Shown here: positions 59,741 through 64,000 of the stretch, piece after piece | Position numbering within the stretch: the stretch's first letter is position 1 | Layout: each line of letters begins with the position of its first letter | Assembly: GCA_027083135.1 (NCBI GenBank) | Contig: JALWQH010000023.1 | Coordinates: forward strand, 543-64,542 | Source of the DNA: Desulfurococcales archaeon | GTDB taxonomy: Archaea > Thermoproteota > Thermoprotei_A > Sulfolobales > WAQK01 | Length of the DNA stretch: 64,000 nt | Direction of reading: 5' to 3' | Position numbers and translations under genes: made by a program | The notes under the pieces: model-generated | Seen by the model: the letters and a program-made list of their open reading frames with translations, nothing else | The model's database searches: none | Told to the model about the DNA's origin: nothing

Positions 59741-59801
59741 GTGTCAGCACTCAAGACCCTCTTCATCTCCCAGGGGATCAGCACTGCCGAGCTCATCACA
59801 C
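59741..59801 (-). ncRNA. Box C/D guide sRNA containing the attR core
   Basis: gtg-TGATGA(C)-gctcggcagtg-CTGA(D')-tcccctggg-AGATGAA(C')-gagggtcttgagtg-CTGA(D)-cac; TTTAAA at 59829-59834 upstream. Confidence 0.88.
59744..59757 (+). repeat. attR core TCAGCACTCAAGAC
   Basis: Exact copy of 27454-27467; inner arm TTCTACATCCC at 59727-59737. Confidence 0.85.
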
Positions 59802-60094
59802 TTCATATGTACTCCTCTGGCACAGCGCTTTAAAGATATGGCTGGCTGCATTAATAACATAGCCAAGGCATATTCCTTAGGTGAGTAATGTTCCCTCAAT
59901 ACTTATCTCCACTTAATCTAGAAGCATGCATTATTGATTAGAATAATCATTTACAGCAACTCTTGCTATAGGGTAATGCCTATATTCAGGGACTTTCATG
60001 GCTTTAGATCCCTGTATAGAAGATTAGTATAGACATAGTTTCATGCCTAGCATAATGGTAAAATGAGGTGCCCTCATGGCTGAGGGCTTAGCTC

Positions 60095-60409
60095 CTACTT
60101 TTGTGCCAGTTGCACTGCTTCTTTCGCCGTTACGTAGGGCGCTATTTTATGAACCTTGAATACTCCGGGCATGGCTTTAATCCATTCCAGCAGGCTGCCG
60201 AATACGTCCTTTGAACTTGCCTCTTCACTGTATTCTACCAGTGTTATTCCCCACATAGGTATGCTGCTTGTCACATACCATCCTAGGATTTTCCCATGGG
60301 ATGCTGGGTAACTGCCTGTCTCGAAGAGCTTTGAAGCCAGGTCTGCAATATCAGTGATATTCTTATCGGGATCCAGCTCCCAGTATATCATATACCTCAA
60401 TACACACAC
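60095..60409 (-). CDS. Hypothetical protein (DUF3303-like)
   Basis: 104 aa with GAGGTG RBS. Confidence 0.6.
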   Translation of the reverse strand: MCVLRYMIYWELDPDKNITDIADLASKLFETGSYPASHGKILGWYVTSSIPMWGITLVEYSEEASSKDVFGSLLEWIKAMPGVFKVHKIAPYVTAKEAVQLAQK

Positions 60410-60584
60410 CTCTTTAAATTATGTACATTAATATTCCAACATTCTTAAATATTTCCGTAGATTTCCTCCAAGAAACATGGTGGAATGCCTGGAGAGATGC
60501 TTTATTATGGGGAGCCTGACTTACTCCTTGAAAACATTGGAAAGATTTTTCTGAATGTTCGGTATTTATGGAATATGGTGATAG

Positions 60585-60971
60585 ATGGTGCTGGAAGCCT
60601 TGGTGAGCCTGCTGAGAATGCTGGGGATGCCTACGTCCTCCTCCATAGTGCTTGCCACGCTCCTCTTAGAGGCTAGGCCTATGGATCTAAACGAACTGCA
60701 TGAGAGGACAGGGTATGCTAAGAGCCACCTATCCAGCAGCCTGAGGCTGCTGGAGGAGAAGAAGCTTGTTGAGAGAATTATTGCTAGGGGGCGTAGAGCA
60801 TTGTTCAGGGCTAGGAGAGAGGCCCTGCAGAAACTATTACACGAGCATCTCTCAGAGCTTAGGAGAAGCATCCACGGAGTAATCGAGGAGCTTGGAGGAG
60901 TAGAGGAGGATGAGAGGCTCAGGGAGATAGAGGAGAACCTGCTCAGAATCCTGGAGGGGATGGAGGAATGA
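60585..60971 (+). CDS. MarR/GbsR-like HTH regulator
   Basis: LNELHERTGYAKSHLSSSLRLLEEKKLVER. Confidence 0.85.
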   Translation: MVLEALVSLLRMLGMPTSSSIVLATLLLEARPMDLNELHERTGYAKSHLSSSLRLLEEKKLVERIIARGRRALFRARREALQKLLHEHLSELRRSIHGVIEELGGVEEDERLREIEENLLRILEGMEE

Positions 60972-61312
60972 GTGAACACAACCTTGTAATAGTCTACGAG
61001 GACGGCGTGCCTACAAGTATTTTAAGACATATATACAAGCTGGGGGCGAAGGGCTACAAGCATTTCAACATCTATGTGATCTCGCCTAAAGGGAGGCCCC
61101 ACTACCTCGAGGATCTCAGAAGCGTGATTCAGGGCGTAATAGCTTATAGCCTTAGAATAAGCTATGCAGGCTCAACTATAATGGATCTGAGGAGAATAGC
61201 TGAGAAGCTTCCCAGGGAGAATACGACATACATACTCGCCTCCCCGTCAGACGGGTATAGGGAGGTGCTTGGCGAAATCGGAGCTGAGAACATTGTTAGA
61301 GTGGAGGTGTAG
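60968..61312 (+). CDS. Hypothetical protein
   Basis: Coupled between the regulator and the radical SAM gene. Confidence 0.7.
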   Translation: MSEHNLVIVYEDGVPTSILRHIYKLGAKGYKHFNIYVISPKGRPHYLEDLRSVIQGVIAYSLRISYAGSTIMDLRRIAEKLPRENTTYILASPSDGYREVLGEIGAENIVRVEV

Positions 61313-61317
61313 GGGCA

Positions 61318-62826
61318 GTGGGATACGAGGTTGTACTGACAACGGATAGAACCATGATGACCAATCACCATGGAAAAGAGTTCATAGGATTCATGACCAC
61401 AGGCCCACCCATAGGAGTGCCTGAAAAAGTGTGGCTCTGGATAAGCGCCCCTAAGGTAAAGGTTGACAGGGAGGGAAAGCCGAGGGAAGCGCCCTACGGT
61501 ATGAGGAAGGTTGAGGCAAAGCTGATCGAGGAGGGATTCAATGCAGCCATAATTGACCCAGACCACCTTCACAAACACCTGGATTCGATGAAGGTATTGA
61601 TGCTCGGCCACCACGACTACTTCGCCTATGGCCCGCCCAGCAGCGAGTGGTGGATGCTTATGGGGAGGGAGCCTGTCAACAGGGTTAGCTTCAGGAGGCT
61701 TATGGAGAGCCCCGCGGTGAGGAAAGCCGTGGAGAAGGGTGTGAGAATAATAGCTGGAGGCCCCGCGGCATGGCAGTGGTTATGGGAGCTTGACTCGTGG
61801 AAGAAGTGGGGAGTCGAGACAGTGATCGACGGCGAGGTTGAGAGAATAATAGGGGGAATAGTGGAGAAGGCGCTGAGAGGCGAGCCTCTCCCAGACTACA
61901 TATATGTGGGGCCCTCAGAGTCTCCAAGCATAGATGAGATACCTGTGATTAAGGGTGCAAGCGTCAACGGCCTAGTGGAGATCATGAGGGGGTGCCCCAG
62001 GGGATGCAAGTTCTGCAGCGTGACCCTACGCCCTCTCAGATACATGCCTCTAGATAAGATAAGGGCTGAAATGGAGGTTAACAGGAAGCACGGGGTTAAG
62101 GGAACAATATTTCACAGCGAAGACGTGCTGCTCTACGGGGCCGACGTGGTTAGGCCTAGGCCTGACCCCATATTCAAGCTGCACAAACTGTGGTACGATG
62201 AGGCTGAAGGCACGCTTGCATGGTCTCATGCAAGCCTAGCAGCCATAAAGTATGCTGAGGAGAAGCATAGAATAATCTCAAGGCTCATGCAGGACTATGT
62301 GCTTACAAGACAGGATTTCCTTGGAGTGGAGGTTGGGGTAGAGACGCTTAGCACAAGGCTGGCTAAAATAATAATGCCTGCTAAATCAGCCCCCTACAAG
62401 CCTGAAGAGTGGCCTCAAATAGTGGAGGATGCCTTCCGCATAATGCATGAAAACCACATTATACCTGCAGCCACACTCATAGTAGGGCTTCCAGAGGAGA
62501 AGCCTGAAGACCTTGTCAAGACAACGGAGCTGCTTGATAGGCTGAAGCCTTATAGGAGCCTAATAGTACCCATGTTCTTCGTACCCATGGGAGCCTTAAA
62601 ACACCGCGACTGGTTCCGCAGAAACATGATGAGAGAAGAGCATGTAGAACTCCTGAAGAAATGCCTCGCACATTCCGTTTACTGGGCTGAGGAGATAGCT
62701 AACAAGATGTACTTGAAGGAGCCTTACCTCATGCCTGTCCGCACAGCTGTGAAGGCAGTAATCAAGTATATCAAGCACAAGGTTTATGAAACCATGCCTG
62801 AAATGGAGGCCCTCCTAAGAAGGTGA
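61318..62826 (+). CDS. B12-binding-type radical SAM enzyme, GDGT ring synthase (Grs)-like family
   Basis: CPRGCKFC motif; VLTTDRT, APYGMRKVEA, GGPAAWQ, GVET, IVPMFFVP motifs. Confidence 0.75.
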   Translation: MGYEVVLTTDRTMMTNHHGKEFIGFMTTGPPIGVPEKVWLWISAPKVKVDREGKPREAPYGMRKVEAKLIEEGFNAAIIDPDHLHKHLDSMKVLMLGHHDYFAYGPPSSEWWMLMGREPVNRVSFRRLMESPAVRKAVEKGVRIIAGGPAAWQWLWELDSWKKWGVETVIDGEVERIIGGIVEKALRGEPLPDYIYVGPSESPSIDEIPVIKGASVNGLVEIMRGCPRGCKFCSVTLRPLRYMPLDKIRAEMEVNRKHGVKGTIFHSEDVLLYGADVVRPRPDPIFKLHKLWYDEAEGTLAWSHASLAAIKYAEEKHRIISRLMQDYVLTRQDFLGVEVGVETLSTRLAKIIMPAKSAPYKPEEWPQIVEDAFRIMHENHIIPAATLIVGLPEEKPEDLVKTTELLDRLKPYRSLIVPMFFVPMGALKHRDWFRRNMMREEHVELLKKCLAHSVYWAEEIANKMYLKEPYLMPVRTAVKAVIKYIKHKVYETMPEMEALLRR

Positions 62827-62920
62827 CAGGTATAGGCAGGTCTTCCGCCAGCATCCCTAAGCCGCAAAATTTTTAGCAACAGGCTGAACTCGCAGCGTAG
62901 AAGGCTTAAAGCAGGTAGGA

Positions 62921-63598
62921 TTGATGAGCGGGAGAAACTCTAAGAAACTTGAAGTAAGCGTGGCATCGCTGCTAACAGTGATCCTGGCATACCTCATACT
63001 GCTGGAATACTGGGGTCTCACAAGCAGCATTGATGAGGAGGCCTTAAGCATAATGGGTGGGAGAGGAGTTCTTCCAGCCAGGATCCTATCCTTCTCAGCC
63101 AGCCTACTGTTATTCGCATTATACTGCATCATCCCTCTATTCCCCGCAGCTCTTAGGAAATGGAGGCTCAGTGTATCTTACCTCTCATTCATCTTCTCGC
63201 TTCTGCTGGCCATGCTGGTTGTCCTTGCATTAAAGATCGCTATCCAGGCTCCCAGACCCCTGGAGGAGAAGATCACTCTCCCCCTTATGCAGGCGCTCAT
63301 ACACTATGATTATTTCTCCTTCCCCTCAGGCCACGCTGCCAGAGCCACGGTGCTCGCATACTATGCGGGCAAGAATAGGGGGGCAGCAGCCAAGATTACC
63401 GCATGGCTGTGGGTGCTAGGAGTGTCGGCTAGCAGGATCATGCTTGAGCAGCACTGGCTAAGCGATGTAGCCGCATCCGTAATCCTAGGCATCCTAGTAT
63501 CAATTCTTGTAGATATAACTGCTGATCGCTGGGCAAGGATCCTGCAGCATAGTGGTTTAGGAAGCACAGGGGTGCTGAGCCTTGATGCATCTTCCTAG
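62921..63598 (+). CDS. PAP2 family phosphatase
   Basis: K...RP, SFPSGH, SRI...HW.SD motifs. Confidence 0.92.
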   Translation: MMSGRNSKKLEVSVASLLTVILAYLILLEYWGLTSSIDEEALSIMGGRGVLPARILSFSASLLLFALYCIIPLFPAALRKWRLSVSYLSFIFSLLLAMLVVLALKIAIQAPRPLEEKITLPLMQALIHYDYFSFPSGHAARATVLAYYAGKNRGAAAKITAWLWVLGVSASRIMLEQHWLSDVAASVILGILVSILVDITADRWARILQHSGLGSTGVLSLDASS

Positions 63599-64000
63599 CA
63601 CGCTGTATGTATACCTGTTATCCCTGCTACCCTCATTTGAGGGCAGGTATGCCATAATAGTTGGGGCGGGGATGAGGCTTGATGCGGCTCAATGCATGGC
63701 TGCAGCAACCCTAGGTGTAGCCACGCTCTCCCTAACACTACCCTATATTCTACCCCTGATAGACGGGTTCATGGAGGTTTTATCGGAAGGGAAGGTCAGA
63801 GTGCTGGGCAGGATTGCTGAGCTGTACTTAGAATATGTGGGCAGGGCTCGTCGAAGAGCCTCGAGATACATGGATAAATATGGGCTGATAGGCCTCATAG
63901 TGTTCGTAGCAATACCTCTTCCAGGCACAGGTATATGGACTGGAAGCCTCGCAGCATATGTTCTAGGCATGGAGAGGGAGAAAACAATACCTGCACTACT
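63582..64000 (+). CDS. Small multidrug export family membrane protein (COG2426-like), runs off window
   Basis: LSLLPSFEGRYAI...FVAIPLPGTGIWTGSLAAYVLG. Confidence 0.88.
   Translation, partial: MMHLPSTLYVYLLSLLPSFEGRYAIIVGAGMRLDAAQCMAAATLGVATLSLTLPYILPLIDGFMEVLSEGKVRVLGRIAELYLEYVGRARRRASRYMDKYGLIGLIVFVAIPLPGTGIWTGSLAAYVLGMEREKTIPAL

Larger units (their letters stand above)
27454..59757. mobile_element. Integrated spindle-shaped-virus-like provirus, ~32.3 kb
   Basis: 14-bp direct repeat at both ends, integrase next to the left copy, capsid, ATPase, replication and switch modules, defence cargo; host genes resume after the right copy. Confidence 0.88.

Noticed and set aside
1-64000. CRISPR array or cas genes
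   Set aside because: No regularly spaced 24-40 bp repeats and no Cas-like ORFs were seen.

Overview
This window is from a hyperthermophilic crenarchaeal-type genome (inferred from gene families, TATA promoters and GGTGA/GGAGG ribosome-binding sites). It has three parts. (1) 1-27450: host and accessory genes, including pstSC/phoU, a P1B ATPase, a molybdopterin enzyme, an AGOG glycosylase cassette, a GH5, an oxidative-stress cluster, amt, two vapBC pairs, several pseudogenes and a decayed tRNA-Arg att scar. (2) 27454-59757: an apparently complete ~32.3 kb spindle-shaped-virus-like provirus bounded by a 14-bp direct repeat, TCAGCACTCAAGAC. It carries an intact tyrosine integrase with a C-terminal Zn ribbon, a virion module (two-helix major capsid protein, basic nucleoprotein, LamG and alpha/alpha-barrel spike candidates, B251-like ATPase), a catalytic-domain-only second integrase, a Rep-like gene with internal repeats, a divergent three-AbrB switch, and defence cargo (Mrr-like nuclease, type II R-M, Panacea-like protein plus TGT-like protein). 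(3) 59758-64000: host genes. The most unusual observation is that the att core lies in the D guide/D box of a box C/D sRNA gene rather than a tRNA gene. That guide appears complementary to the tRNA-Leu(CAA) anticodon loop, and the reconstructed attP would form a stem-closed single-guide C/D motif only after excision. Two virus-specific cis-motif families are also visible: TCCGCA upstream of eight late-module genes, and four GTGTCCA-N5-TGGACAC palindromes. All functional calls come from motif reading and recall of families; no database search was run.
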